Assembly (NCBI GenBank): GCA_051599415.1
Contig: AP039697.1
Span: forward strand, 434,001 to 498,000
Direction of reading: 5' to 3'
Length of the DNA: 64,000 nt
Source of the DNA: Savitreella phatthalungensis
Lineage: Eukaryota
Positions 32,855-44,438 of this stretch are shown piece after piece; position 1 is the stretch's first letter; the number at the start of each line of letters is the position of its first letter. The translations under genes were made by a program, and so were the position numbers. The notes under the pieces are model-generated. The model did not search any database and had not been told where the DNA came from. It saw only the letters and a program-made list of their open reading frames with translations.

Positions 32855-34151
32855 ATGAATGACATTGCCGAACAAGTACGTTCCTCCTACCACGTCAGGT
32901 GACCTTGACCACTGACACAACACAGAGCTCAAGCCAGGTCGTCAACAACCAAGGCCTGCGAAAGGTCTCCAACCCGGAAACCCAAAGGGTATGAGCAGAC
33001 TCAGTCAAGTGAAGATGATCATGAACGCTGACTCGTGACAGTCTTCCAATCCTCCTGACGCCGGCATCGTCGAGCAACCAAAGAATGTATGAACCTGAGA
33101 TACCTCAGTCAATCAACGATGATCTTGATCACTGACTCAATGCCAGAGTAATGCCAAAGGCAAAACGCCAGAGCCAGCTGGTCGCAACCACAAATCTGAT
33201 GATGATCTCGAAAAACAAGCTCTCCAAACTGAGACCATGCCTCGACGACGGGGATTGGCAACTTTCGGCAATTATGCCGGGATTCTGCTCATACTCGTCT
33301 ACCTGGTCGCGACCACATGCATGCTGCTTGTGGCATCACTCTTCGACGTAATGTGCACTATCCTCTGGACCACCAGCAAGGACTGCCCATGTCTCACTGT
33401 GAGACTCATTTACATTCTAAGGCTGTACGGCCGTCTTCTTCTACATCGCGGTTGGCAACATACATCTGTCCCACAAATGTTTTCAGGTCAAACGAGCACT
33501 CGTATCGCCAAGATTGGCTCATTTGAGCTAATTCTCTCATCTGCGGCTGATACAATCGTTCAAAGGTATGATACATCGTCCTTCGACTTCATAGAAGTCG
33601 AATGCGTACAAATGAGCTCGGCTTCGCCGACGACTTTTTGGTATCTATTGAGATCAAAACTTTCAGCAATTGTGAGGACCATGGGCCGTGTCGAAATTGA
33701 AGACTTACAACAACGGAGTAGCTTGAGACGCCGTCGACAAGAAAGGCAGGACGGCGCGAGCCAACGACAAGAGGCTCAGTTGTCCATTACGCGAGCAGAG
33801 CAGATCAAGCTTGTTGCCGAAAAAAGTTCAGACTCGGAGGTCACCGAGCATCTGCAGTACAGAGAGATCGGATATCTCCGCGGGCAAGCTGCGGTGGGCG
33901 GCGGATCCACGACAACAGACACCATTTTTTTTCTACAATCGACGAACACACTCGGGTCACAGCACTCCACGAATCTCGTGAAGTTCAGCAAGCGCCATTT
34001 CGCCGCGCTTGCGGGGGACCTGCCCGTCTATGTGCAGATCAAAGCGCATTATAGGTCTGAGAAGGGGTATCCAGTGACTCGCACGGAGCTTGCGATCGTA
34101 CCCGCGAGGTTCTTCCGAACCTGGCGGGATCTTGTTGCTGCGGACTCGTAG
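32855..34151 (+). CDS. Orphan membrane protein with three 5' micro-exons (32855-32875, 32926-32988, 33042-33086, 33147-34151), about 377 aa
   Basis: Three phase-0 introns of 50, 53 and 60 nt (GTACGT or GTATGA...CTGAC...CAG) splice ATG 32855 in frame into the 304-aa ORF. Hydrophobic segment YAGILLILVYLVATTCMLLVASLFDVMCTILW. Confidence 0.75.
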
Positions 34152-34354
34152 TAGATTCCGTCCTCTTTGTAGTGAGCGCAGTAGCAAGCGCAGAGAATTG
34201 ATTGTTCGCTCTTACGAATTGCTGGAATTTTCTGTGTGCATTCTATGCAGGGTCTCGGAACCCAGCTTGCTGCTGCGACGGCGATATTCGTCTCCGTTTG
34301 ACCCTCAGAAGTTTGACTTCGCATACTCACACACTCACAAACTTACTAAGCAAA

Positions 34355-36138
34355 ACGAACTGCCTTGCTGAACAAGTACGTTCTCCTACCACGCCAAGTG
34401 ACCTTGACCACTGACACAAGACAGAATTCAGCACACGTCTTGAACGACCTCGGCATCCGTCAATGAGTATGAGCAGACTCAGTCAAGCGAAGATGATCCT
34501 GAACGCTGACTCATGACAGTCTCCCAATACTACTGGTGCCGACATCGCCGGTGAATCGTTATTTCCTACGGCGCCAGTGGCTGCCACAAACGAAGTATGA
34601 AACTGAAATACCTCAGTCAATCGACGATGATCTTATTCACTGACTCAATGCCAGAGTAATGCTAATGGCAAAACGCCAGCTAGTCGACGCGAGCCAACGA
34701 TCGCAGCTGGAATTCGATGTTGCTGGAGATGCACATGCCCATGTCCTCCATGAAGAAAGCACAGAGTGCGAAGTCACCGAGCATTTTCAAGATCGAGAGA
34801 ACAGATATCTAGATGGGTAAGCTGCGAGCAGCGGCGGATCGACGACGACGGACAACATACTTGTCTTTACAACTGATGGACACCCTGGGCAGTCAGCAAA
34901 CATGATCAAGTTCAAGCTTGGTAAGTCCGTGTCTGTCCCACGAATGTTTTCAGCTCAGAAGGACACCACTATTGCCGAAATCGGCCAATTCCAGGTCTTC
35001 TTCTCATCTGCGAGGAACAACGACGAACTCGAGGCAGTATTACAAGGTTTCAACATATTGTCCTTCGACTCCATGGAGGTCGAATGCGTACGGGTGAGCT
35101 CGGCTTCGCTATCAACCTTCTGGCACTATTGAGGTCAACAACGGAATACTTTGCGACGCCGTCGACAAGAAAGGCAAGACGCGGCGAGCCAACGACGGCA
35201 GCTTGGGGTAGAAGCTGCAGGAGATATACATGCCCGACTCCTCACAGAAACAAACACAGACTCGGAGGTCACCGAGGAACTCGAATATCTGGAGCCGAGA
35301 TATCTTCGCGGGCAAGCTGCGGTGAGCGGCGAATCTACGACAACAGACACCATATTTTTTTTACAATCGACGAACACCGATTGATCTGCACATAGACGGG
35401 CAGGTCCGTCGCAAGCGCGGCGAAATGCCACTTGCTGAACTTCACGAGATTCGTGGAGTGCTGTGACCCGAGTGTGTTCGTCGATTGTAAAAAAAATATG
35501 GTGTCTGTTGTCGTAGATTCGCCGCTCACCGCAGCTTGCCCGCGAAGATATCTCGGCTCCAGATATTCGAGTTCCTCGGTGACCTCCGAGTCTGTGTTTG
35601 TTTCTGTGAGGAGTCGGGCATGTATATCTCCTGCAGCTTCTACCCCAAGCTGCCGTCGTTGGCTCGCCGCGTCTTGCCTTTCTTGTCGACGGCGTCGCAA
35701 AGTACTCCGTTGTTGACCTCAATAGTGCCAGAAGGTTGACCGCTTAGGGTGTCCATTGATTGTAGAAAGAATATGTTTTCGGTTGTCATAGACCCGCCGC
35801 TTATCGCCGCTTGTCCGTGCAGGTCTGCGTTCTCTGAATATCAAATGTTTCCGGCGACTTCGGCGTCTGTGCTTCTTTCAGCAAGGAGATGGGAATATGC
35901 ATCTTCAACACCCTCGAATTCCAGCTGCCGTCGTTGGTTCGCGCCGACTAGCTAGAAGATTCCGTCCTCTTTGTAGTAAGCGCAGAAGTGAGCGCGATAG
36001 CAAGCACAGAGAATTGATTGTTCACTCTCACGAGTCGCTGGACTCCTTCTGTGTGCCTTTCAAGCAGAGTCTCCGAACCTGGAACTCAGCTTGCTGCTGC
36101 GACGGCGATATTCGTCTATGTTTGACCCTCAGAAGTTT
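34355..36138 (+). pseudogene. Scrambled tandem copy of the 32855 gene
   Basis: Start codon changed ATG to ACG (34355). The three introns are recognisable (about 34376-34655), internal modules are reshuffled or inverted, and the 3' flank 34153-34314 is repeated at 35957-36138. Confidence 0.8.
35112..35739. repeat. Near-perfect inverted repeat: 266-bp arms (35112-35377 and 35474-35739), 96-bp spacer
   Basis: The arms are reverse complements with one mismatch seen (cggaatac vs cggagtac). The ORF track shows mirror-image peptides on both strands. Confidence 0.95.
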
Positions 36139-37254
36139 CGTTCTCAGACTTAACAACGCAAGCACACGCTCAGATGCCCATCTTTCGACTCATCCAGGTC
36201 TGATCGACTTCATGAATGCATCTATCAAAAGCATCCAAGCACCTTCAATGGCGGCCGTACACAGACATTTGAGTTCTCGCAGCTTGATAGCGAACACGAC
36301 CCCTCTTTCCTCGCCCATCCGCCTTCCCGAGACCTATATCAAGAAAAAAATCAGTTGCTGAGGCGAAATTGGCAGGGGGAGGAGGCGGCGACGACTGAAT
36401 AGACCAGGAGCTTGCGCGTACATAGTCGCACAGTGAACAGACGAGGCCTAGGCGAGGACGTCACCTGCACGGAACACACGCGATCCAGTGGCCAAACATT
36501 GGCGAATAGGTCTTCTTCTTGCGCTCAGTCATGCGCTTCATATCAGGGAGATGAGACTACGGCAATGTTCCGAGAGCAATTTCTCAAGGTTTCTAAGATG
36601 ATGGGAAGGTCGGGTCGAAGTGGAAGACCGGGGTTTCCCTAGCAACCCTTTCGGTGTTTATTAGCATTGGAAAGAAATGCTCGGAAAGTCCCTGTGCGAA
36701 TCTGGAAAGTACTCCTTGCTGTGTGCTTGCTTAGCATCCCATGCGTCCGAGTTGACGGCAGCCGCGACAATACGAACCCAGCGTCACATTTTCGGATCTC
36801 TGTACAATCGAATCTCAACCTCTCATGTCGTGTCTACTGTCGACAAGCTCCGTGCGCGCCTCTCGCAAGGAATTGTCGAGTGTGGACGGACGCCCTCGTT
36901 CATCTCCCACTCAGCAATAACAAAGCCTTTGAGCATTCTGAATTTCCTTTGCCAGTGGTGCTCGAACGTTATCCCCAGACCCACTGGATGGCATATTGTA
37001 GCGGTCGCGTCATGCTTACACGAGTCTTTATCACGAACCGCGCAGCAGCGCATGATGTCGGGACTTGGCCGCAGTCCTCGCATGATCCGACTCTCACGAA
37101 TTGTCCTTGACGCTGCCGTGGGACCACGAAGTTCACGATGTGCGTCGTCGTTAGGGTGGCCGTTTCTTTGAAGCGCCACCAAGCATGCTGAAGCAAGTTT
37201 CTGAAAATGAGCCGTGCGTGCATGAAAAGAAACAAAATTCAAAAAAGAATTTCG

Positions 37255-37333
37255 TGAAGTTGACGAGACTCGAACTCGCGCTCTTTCGAACCAGTGCCTT
37301 AAACTGGCGCCTTAACCGCTCGGCCACAACTCC
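37255..37333 (-). tRNA. tRNA-Leu(AAG)
   Basis: GGAGTTG/CAACTTC acceptor stem, TGGCCGAGCGG A-box, CCAGT-TT-AAG-GC-ACTGG anticodon arm, variable arm, GTTCGAG T-loop, and a T6 terminator downstream. Confidence 0.93.
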
Positions 37334-39131
37334 TGTTGAATGATTTCCTCGCAAGCAGATAGTATATATACCACAAATTTATCTGCGTGACCTTTTTTTA
37401 TTTTTTTGACACCGTCGCCCTCTTGATACAGGGGCTCTGTGCGACTGCTTCGATGCTGCTGCCAGACTTGGAAAGCCTAAAACAACGCTGAGCAGGGGAA
37501 TACGGCTGTGTTGACCAGTCTAGCTCTCTGACGTTCCGTGAAGACCCCCTGGAGCATCCGGCCATATGAGCATAGCGTCTTGTCCACGGCTGCAAGGTCC
37601 TCGGCTCGAATTGTATCGCGGCAATAAACTGGTTCGTCCGGTCCCAAGTCCATAGAAAGTGATATCAGTGACGCCAGCCGCAAATGACAGTGAGCCCTGA
37701 AGCATGTGTTTGAGTATGCCGTCGGCACAAGAACTCCTGCTGTAGTTCTCTGCACTTGTCGGATGTGCGTCAAGAGCCCATGCTGATCGTCGTCCTCTCC
37801 GCTCTCTTCCGTGGCAGGTTCAATTGACAATCCACGTCATTCAATTGCATGCTTCATCTAGCCGAAGTCCTTCAAATTAAGCCTCGGCACTACCGCGATC
37901 TTAAAGGCCAGCGTGGAGCTGAGGATGATTTCGAGCATACGTGAGACACACCATGGTGGCAGTGCTGTGAGGTGGACCTGAGAAGCCATTCCCGTGACCA
38001 GCCGTCATCAATCGAAGTCACTTGCGTTTTGCGAGACCATGGGATGGTGCATTGTACCGGCATATGTTGCGAGCTCTGCATAAGGATGGATAGGTCCATG
38101 CTGTCTGCAGTGCATCGCATTGCTCCGTTCTTGTGAAATAACGTCCGATATGCGACGAGCACTAGAGTCGAAAGTCGTAGCAAATCATTGGCGAGCTCAA
38201 GATGATATGTCCAGCATGATTGTAGTGCAAATAGTCGCAGAGCTGGAGTGTTTGGCTCTGTCAGAGCATAAGCGGACTCTTATCGATCGAATTGGCAGCT
38301 GGATCGATGCGCCAACAAGACAGTCATGAAGTTGACGGCGCGCTCGCGCTTCCGTGCAGATGACGGGATCGTGCAAGCCAGAGCCAATAAATGTGAGATT
38401 GTATGTCGGAGACTGGCGCAGATAGACGCGGTTGAGAAGACAAGCGAGTGAATGGCTGGCCTACGTTAACTCTTGCCGAAAGAGCGGGATTCGGAATCAT
38501 GATCCAGTGCCCGGGAAAAGCGCGGCGATATTGACGACAGTCATAGTATTCCTCTTCGAGCTGTAGGCAGTAGACAGTGGCTGTAGCGTCCACTCAAAGA
38601 TGTTCCACCAAGACAGTTTCGACGAAATCAGACTAATGGCGAGTTTTGGCGGCATCAGAATAATGCCTGCGACCGATCTTCGAGTATCAAAGGCTTGCTT
38701 CTCTGGTGCCTACCGAATATTGGGAACGTCGATGTGGGACGGATGATTGGCCAAAAATCGACTTGACGCACCTCGTTGAGCTGATGATGCCTTGGCTGCG
38801 ACCTTCACAGCTTGTGGAGTAGATTTCATGTCAAATGGCGCAATGCAGGCTTCGCATAGCCAGAATCGATGCTTTCATACCCATGTATAGATCGAGTCAA
38901 GCGTCTGCATGTGCTCGACCTAGCCATGACGCTCCACTATATGTACGCGATGATGCGATCGATCAATGCCGATGTCACAGCGCCTGCTCTGAGTATCACA
39001 ACATTACTTCTGTACTGTTCATGACGTGAACTGCTTGTTGTAGCATAACATCGAGTTCTCTTCGATATAACATATTGAGAGGATCGCGATTCATGGATCA
39101 TATACTATCAAATTCGGAAATTCAATCTGAC

Positions 39132-39222
39132 GGCGGTGTGCCCGAGTGGTTATGGGGCCAGTTTTAGGTTTGTTTTGAAACACTGGTGCTTCGGCGCGCG
39201 AGTTCGAACCTCGTCACCGTCA
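39132..39222 (+). tRNA. tRNA-Leu(TAG) with a 12-nt intron (39169-39180)
   Basis: GGCGGTG/CACCGTC acceptor stem, CCAGT-TT-TAG-G[intron]C-ACTGG, TGC-TTCG-GCG variable arm, GTTCGAAC T-loop, and a poly-T terminator immediately after. Confidence 0.92.
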
Positions 39223-39382
39223 TTTTTTTTTTCTTTTCTGTTTTGCTCGATTGATCCTGCACACGAATTCGGAGAACATTCCTTGATTCGGTACATGGTG
39301 GTACGTCACCGGCTTGTCCATAAAAAGTTTAAGTGCCACAAGCAAGTCGACGAGCAAATTCTCGGATCGTCCTGTCCAGGGT

Positions 39383-40921
39383 ATGCTCTTGCTGCCGGCT
39401 GATGAGGCTGTATCCGGCACTGACAAAGTACGACTACCCGAGGAAATCTTGCGTGGATTGCCAGAGGAAGTCCAGTATCCGCTGATCTTCAAATTAAGCT
39501 GCCGCGCAGGGTATGTTCACGTCGGAGTGCGCGAGTTTACTGCGCCGAACGGCACGATAGCATTGCCAGTCGGCATAAGGGAAAATCTACATAGCGGTAT
39601 CGACGAGCGCATTACGATTGAGCGTGTTGCGTTACCGAAAGGTACCGATGTCGCGTTACGACCTCTGGACAAGTATGATATGGCGATCGATTGGAAGGCG
39701 CAACTTGAAGAGTCATTTCGCTCTTATACAGCGCTGACGAAAGGCCAGACCGTGTCGCTCGCGGGTACGCGCTTCGTGGTCGAGAAGTTGTCGCCAGCTG
39801 ATGCGGTCTGCATCATCGATACGGATATGGAGCTCGAAATGGTCGACCATCATGCAGAAGACCGCTCGATCCAGGTAGGCCAGCAGACTAGGGGAGGCGT
39901 CTTGGTTGGTTACGACCGCAGTAAGCCTATTCACTTGATTGTGCGGGGTGAGACAACAGGCGTGAGCGTGGGTACACAGACGCACTTCGCAGCTCGGAAG
40001 GTGAAGTTATTGACCATGGAGGACCCCGACCTCGAGATTGTCGTTCATGGTCCCGGCTCGGTGGAGGCCTCTCAGGATGACCTGCAGGAATGCCCGACAT
40101 GCGGTTTGCCAGTGCAGGCGCTTGCTCTACATGCAGCCCGCTGTCGATGGAGGGCCGACTGGACGTGCGCCAAGTGCGACGAGCAGGGTGTTGGATCGAT
40201 CGAGTGGCATAATCAAGTCAAGCACGTCACAATAGCCTGCACCTGCGGTAAGATGGGTGACTACGTGGCTCTCCTGACGCATCGTGCTAGTGACTGTCCT
40301 GATAGACTCGTCATTTGCCGCTTCTGTAAGTTGCGGCAGCGTCAGGGCGTTCAAGATGCGGCAGACAGGCTGTCTGGTATGAGCCACCATGAGGCCGAGT
40401 GTGGAGGACGGACTTCTGACTGCGACATCTGCAAGCGACCCGTGAAACTTCGGAACTTGGAAGCACACGCGAGAATACACGAGCAGGAAAGGTTACAAAA
40501 GCCGACACCTCGAATTTGCGCAAACATCAACTGTGTCCATCTCGCCAAGGACGCGTTGTGTAGCGAGTGCGCCGGACCTTTGTACTCGACGCAGCATGAT
40601 CCCGACGGCTCGAAGCTGAGATCTCGAATTCGTAGGAGACATCTCGCTCAACTCGTCACGGGCTGTGGCAATGCTTGGTGCCGTAATGTCAAGTGTGCAA
40701 CGGCAAGCGGTGAGACAATGAGCATTGCCACCGCTGCTAAACACCTGCCAGAAGGATTCGCCTTCTGTGTATCCGAGCAGATGCAACGAAAGCGCAATTT
40801 GGCCGATCGCCTTGAGTGTCAAGGTGAGTATGATATAGCATGGTGCTGTAGAGCTGCGGACATCGCCCCGGAGAACCCCTCGGCTTGGTTGTCTCGCGAG
40901 GCGCGGCGGAAAAATGATTGA
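39383..40921 (+). CDS. UFD1-domain protein with C-terminal zinc fingers
   Basis: DKVRLP, HVGVREFTAP, LPKGT...LRP and VCIIDTDME motifs of the UFD1 fold; many CxxC/H fingers. Confidence 0.85.
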   Translation: MLLLPADEAVSGTDKVRLPEEILRGLPEEVQYPLIFKLSCRAGYVHVGVREFTAPNGTIALPVGIRENLHSGIDERITIERVALPKGTDVALRPLDKYDMAIDWKAQLEESFRSYTALTKGQTVSLAGTRFVVEKLSPADAVCIIDTDMELEMVDHHAEDRSIQVGQQTRGGVLVGYDRSKPIHLIVRGETTGVSVGTQTHFAARKVKLLTMEDPDLEIVVHGPGSVEASQDDLQECPTCGLPVQALALHAARCRWRADWTCAKCDEQGVGSIEWHNQVKHVTIACTCGKMGDYVALLTHRASDCPDRLVICRFCKLRQRQGVQDAADRLSGMSHHEAECGGRTSDCDICKRPVKLRNLEAHARIHEQERLQKPTPRICANINCVHLAKDALCSECAGPLYSTQHDPDGSKLRSRIRRRHLAQLVTGCGNAWCRNVKCATASGETMSIATAAKHLPEGFAFCVSEQMQRKRNLADRLECQGEYDIAWCCRAADIAPENPSAWLSREARRKND

Positions 40922-41066
40922 AAAAGGTCTCAGAGACGATTTTCGTAGCTAAATTTAGACCTTCGATGGGAAGAAAAGTTCATGTCCACGTGCATGCATT
41001 ACGTCGACATAATTTCATGTGCGACTTAAATGATGAGGTAGTCTTTTCCATCCCGGATAACTAGAG

Positions 41067-41861
41067 ATGTACAGGAGTGTGCTTCGAAGCTTGCCAGTAC
41101 TGCTTCCTGCAGTGGCTGTGGGCCATTCACTCAGGCCGACATTGAGATGCGATGGGATTACCGAAACGCTGAAGGAAAAAGCCCATGAGCTCAAGGAAGG
41201 TCTGGAGGCGAGAAGTCCCCTGAAGCCGCAGTCGCCTGCAGGGATCGCTGGAGCGAGGACATCCCACAACCCTTCGACGAGCATGAACCACGGTCAGACC
41301 GCGGGAGAATCTGACAGACATCCTGATCCCGTGATCCTCGCGCAGAAAAAGGCAAGCAAGAGCGCCAACGACAAAGAAACGTCCGCCCATATCGGCCAAA
41401 GTCCGACAGCCAAGATCAAGGCTGGCCATGATCTCGACAGCGAGGGCAAGCGTGTGCCGCGCGATGACATCAAGAGCAAAAGCAAGAGCCAAGCACAGGC
41501 CGCTGGCGCCTCCGCTGGTGCTGCCGCTGCCGCTGCCGCTGCATCTGCGAAAGCGCCCTCTGAGACCGTCACTGACGGCCTGCAGGAAAAGCAGGCAGAA
41601 GCTCAGTCTGAGGAGGCCTTCAACGAGGAGACCGGAGAGATCAACTGGGACTGCCCGTGCCTTGGCGGCATGGCTCATGGCCCGTGTGGTGAGGACTTCA
41701 AGGCTGCATTCTCATGTTTCGTATACTCGAAGGAGGAGCCGAAGGGCGCAGATTGCCTCGACAAGTTCAAAGGCATGCAGGAGTGCTTCAAGCAGCACCC
41801 GGAGATCTACGGCGAGCTCACAAAAGATGACGAAACCCCAGAGGGCAAGCTGGTAGAGTAA
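41067..41861 (+). CDS. MIA40: Mitochondrial intermembrane-space oxidoreductase Mia40
   Basis: [35 protein letters not shown]...C...C: CPC motif plus twin CX9C. Confidence 0.95.
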   Translation: MYRSVLRSLPVLLPAVAVGHSLRPTLRCDGITETLKEKAHELKEGLEARSPLKPQSPAGIAGARTSHNPSTSMNHGQTAGESDRHPDPVILAQKKASKSANDKETSAHIGQSPTAKIKAGHDLDSEGKRVPRDDIKSKSKSQAQAAGASAGAAAAAAAASAKAPSETVTDGLQEKQAEAQSEEAFNEETGEINWDCPCLGGMAHGPCGEDFKAAFSCFVYSKEEPKGADCLDKFKGMQECFKQHPEIYGELTKDDETPEGKLVE

Positions 41862-41895
41862 ACAGGATCGTGTCATAGTCATTAATACCACCTCT

Positions 41896-43725
41896 CTACA
41901 TGCGTCTGAAGACGTTGCCACTTGCGCTTCGACGGTCTGTTCTTGTGCCTTTTCGCTTGCGAGTGGGATGGAACGTCATCTCGCGCTCACCATTGCCAAC
42001 ATCGCGAACATCATTAGGCTTGTCCTTCGCGTCCATCTCTGCTAACCTGGTCCCGAAGTCCAGGTTCTTGTCGATTTGTTCAACTGTCGTCCGATGCTCG
42101 TAAGCCGGCTCTGCTGGTCTCATTCGTGGCCGTTTCTCTTTTCGCCTCGGCGGCGAAAGTGTCCGAATTGGTAACTCGCGTGCTGGACGTAGCACTGGTT
42201 CGTCTTCATCAGCGGCGCTTGCGTCACTTTCTAGATCGTCTTCTTTTTCACTTGCTCGGTCCACCTCATTGCCATCAAGTTCATCCTCGCTCTCCTCTAG
42301 GCGCTTGCTTCTGGTCGGGTTGAGCATCGCAAATTCGTGAGAGGCCTCATCCACTCGGTAGTCGTCATCAGTGAACGCGGATGCAAAGCGATCATCAACC
42401 TGCGGTAGCTTCTTCGCGAGCCTATTGTTGACTTTTGTCCGGATGCGCGAGGATGCCTCCTTTTCAATGCGCTTCGCTACTTGCTTCTCGCGATGATCTC
42501 TGTAAGCGAATGGATCGGCAATCAGCCGAGCCTTCTCGTAAAGCCTGAAATCGATGAAGAATCCGTGCATATACGGTCGAACAACGTTCGTGCCAACCAG
42601 GTGACCCAGGGCGAGATCTGCGAGCTCTTTCCGGGTAACAAACTTATAGTTCGCATATACCGATTGTTCGGTCTCTTCGAGCTCTTCGGTCAGATTGTCG
42701 AGGAATGAGCACCATCGAGGCGCCGGTCCGAGCGCCGGAACGTAGAAGGTGTGCATCGGAATGCCCTCGTTTGCCACGAAGATGAGACCAGATTGAGTCT
42801 GGACGTCATTTATGTCATTCGGAGGTTCAATCGAGGTGAACGGCTTTCCTGATCGCTCCCAGAGCTTGATGATCTTCGAATCGGCTGAGAGAATGCGCGA
42901 GTCGATCCAATGCAGTACCTTGATTGGGAGACCATAGCCCTGGTCCTTGGCTAGAAGCGGTCGTGGTGATCGAAGATCATAAAGCGTGGTTATTCCTGCT
43001 GATGATCCAACAGCGAAGGAAAGGCCGTCATTGGCAAAAGAGAGAGCCGTTGCAGACGCATCGATATCAAGTAGGCCAATACGGGAACGATATCGGGGAT
43101 CCCAGAACTCGACCGTGCCATTCTGTGTGCCGAATCCCAGGAGACCATGCGCCGGTGAGATGGCTGTTGTGTTGACGCCTTCCGTAGCGCTCTCTACATT
43201 CAAGCTGTTCATAAATCTGCCTTGGTCCAGATTGAGCCGGTAGACGTCAGAGGAGGCTGCGGCGATGATGACCTCAGCTGAGGGATAGTGCACGGACATG
43301 GCTCTTCCAAATGTAGGTATCCGGGTGGAGTAATGGATTCCTCCAGCAGTGTGAAGATCGATAGAGCGATCTGACTGAAGATGCACACTCTTTGTCCAGT
43401 CATCGCTGAGCAGCTCGAAAGAAATGTTTTCAGCTGTTGAATGTCGTTCAAATTTGAGTGAGAGTTGGGAAAGCTCGTACAGTCGAATGTGCGGCTTATA
43501 GGTACCTGTAGCCATGATGTACTGACCATCTCGTGACACTCGCAGACAATTGCTGGCTTCGGGAAATTCAAAGTCCTGCAAGAGCTCGATTCTCTGCCTG
43601 TAATCTGCATCCTTTCTGAGCTGACGCTTGTTGCGTCTGGCTAGCCAATCAGGTATACTCTTTGAGCCTGCGCCAGAGACTGTGTAGACGGCAACATCAT
43701 TGGTCGTCGACTTGCGCAGAGACAT
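41896..43725 (-). CDS. ENP2: WD40 ribosome biogenesis factor Enp2/NOL10
   Basis: RIELLQDFEFPEAS, ATGTYKP, LGPAPRWCSFLDNLTEELEE motifs; C-terminal RRSASGNVFR. Confidence 0.95.
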   Translation of the reverse strand: MSLRKSTTNDVAVYTVSGAGSKSIPDWLARRNKRQLRKDADYRQRIELLQDFEFPEASNCLRVSRDGQYIMATGTYKPHIRLYELSQLSLKFERHSTAENISFELLSDDWTKSVHLQSDRSIDLHTAGGIHYSTRIPTFGRAMSVHYPSAEVIIAAASSDVYRLNLDQGRFMNSLNVESATEGVNTTAISPAHGLLGFGTQNGTVEFWDPRYRSRIGLLDIDASATALSFANDGLSFAVGSSAGITTLYDLRSPRPLLAKDQGYGLPIKVLHWIDSRILSADSKIIKLWERSGKPFTSIEPPNDINDVQTQSGLIFVANEGIPMHTFYVPALGPAPRWCSFLDNLTEELEETEQSVYANYKFVTRKELADLALGHLVGTNVVRPYMHGFFIDFRLYEKARLIADPFAYRDHREKQVAKRIEKEASSRIRTKVNNRLAKKLPQVDDRFASAFTDDDYRVDEASHEFAMLNPTRSKRLEESEDELDGNEVDRASEKEDDLESDASAADEDEPVLRPARELPIRTLSPPRRKEKRPRMRPAEPAYEHRTTVEQIDKNLDFGTRLAEMDAKDKPNDVRDVGNGEREMTFHPTRKRKGTRTDRRSASGNVFRRM

Positions 43726-44438
43726 GAAGACGCCGTAGAGGCAATGGTACCTGTTTTATGTGGATAAGGAGGATACCTGTGCCTGCGAGTGTTGCAATTG
43801 ATGCATGGTGAACTGTGATCAAATATTGATTTGATCTGGTGGCTAAGATCAATAAATCAATTTGATTCTCAACTGTAAAATACAGATGACATTTTCAGAA
43901 TGCAAGAGTCAACTGAATTCATCATATGCAGTCTCTTCTCAGTCTCTCGACTGACTCTCCACTGTCTCTCCTCCATCTGGACCTTAATCTATTGATCATC
44001 CATTTTCAGATGAAGTTACATGCAGTCAAAGCCTATCGCGATCCTTCTCATACGTCTACAGTGTACTTGACTATAGCTGTCTATCGTGCATTTGATCATG
44101 AGATATCTACACCGAATTGCTGCATCATCCACAACTAAGTGTACATCTGCGATCTGCGATGTATGAGGCATGCATCTGAACACATATGCACATATGGGTC
44201 TGCACACAATTAAGCAATTTTAAACCAAACCCTGACGCGAGACTGAACTGGACTCCAAAAGTTAAGCATTAGCCACCGCCACTTAAGACCACCTCAAACT
44301 CTTACCTGTCACTGTCTCGCACCTCAATCTCTGTCTCTGGATCTCATCCATCGACATGACGAAAAGGATAGTGCATTATAACGAGAAAGATCGATAGACT
44401 GACAAAGCCTTGTCAGTAAGTAGGAAATCCCCAATCCA

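Noticed and set aside
35112..35739. Inverted repeat as MITE or transposon terminal repeats
   Set aside because: The arms derive from the adjacent gene's coding sequence; no target-site duplication or transposase seen.
36667..37110. Cys-rich ORF with a signal-like segment
   Set aside because: No in-frame ATG before the hydrophobic segment and a stop just upstream; at best a decayed secreted-protein gene.
37400..39000. Short ORFs between the two tRNA-Leu genes
   Set aside because: No recognisable motif or consistent frame.
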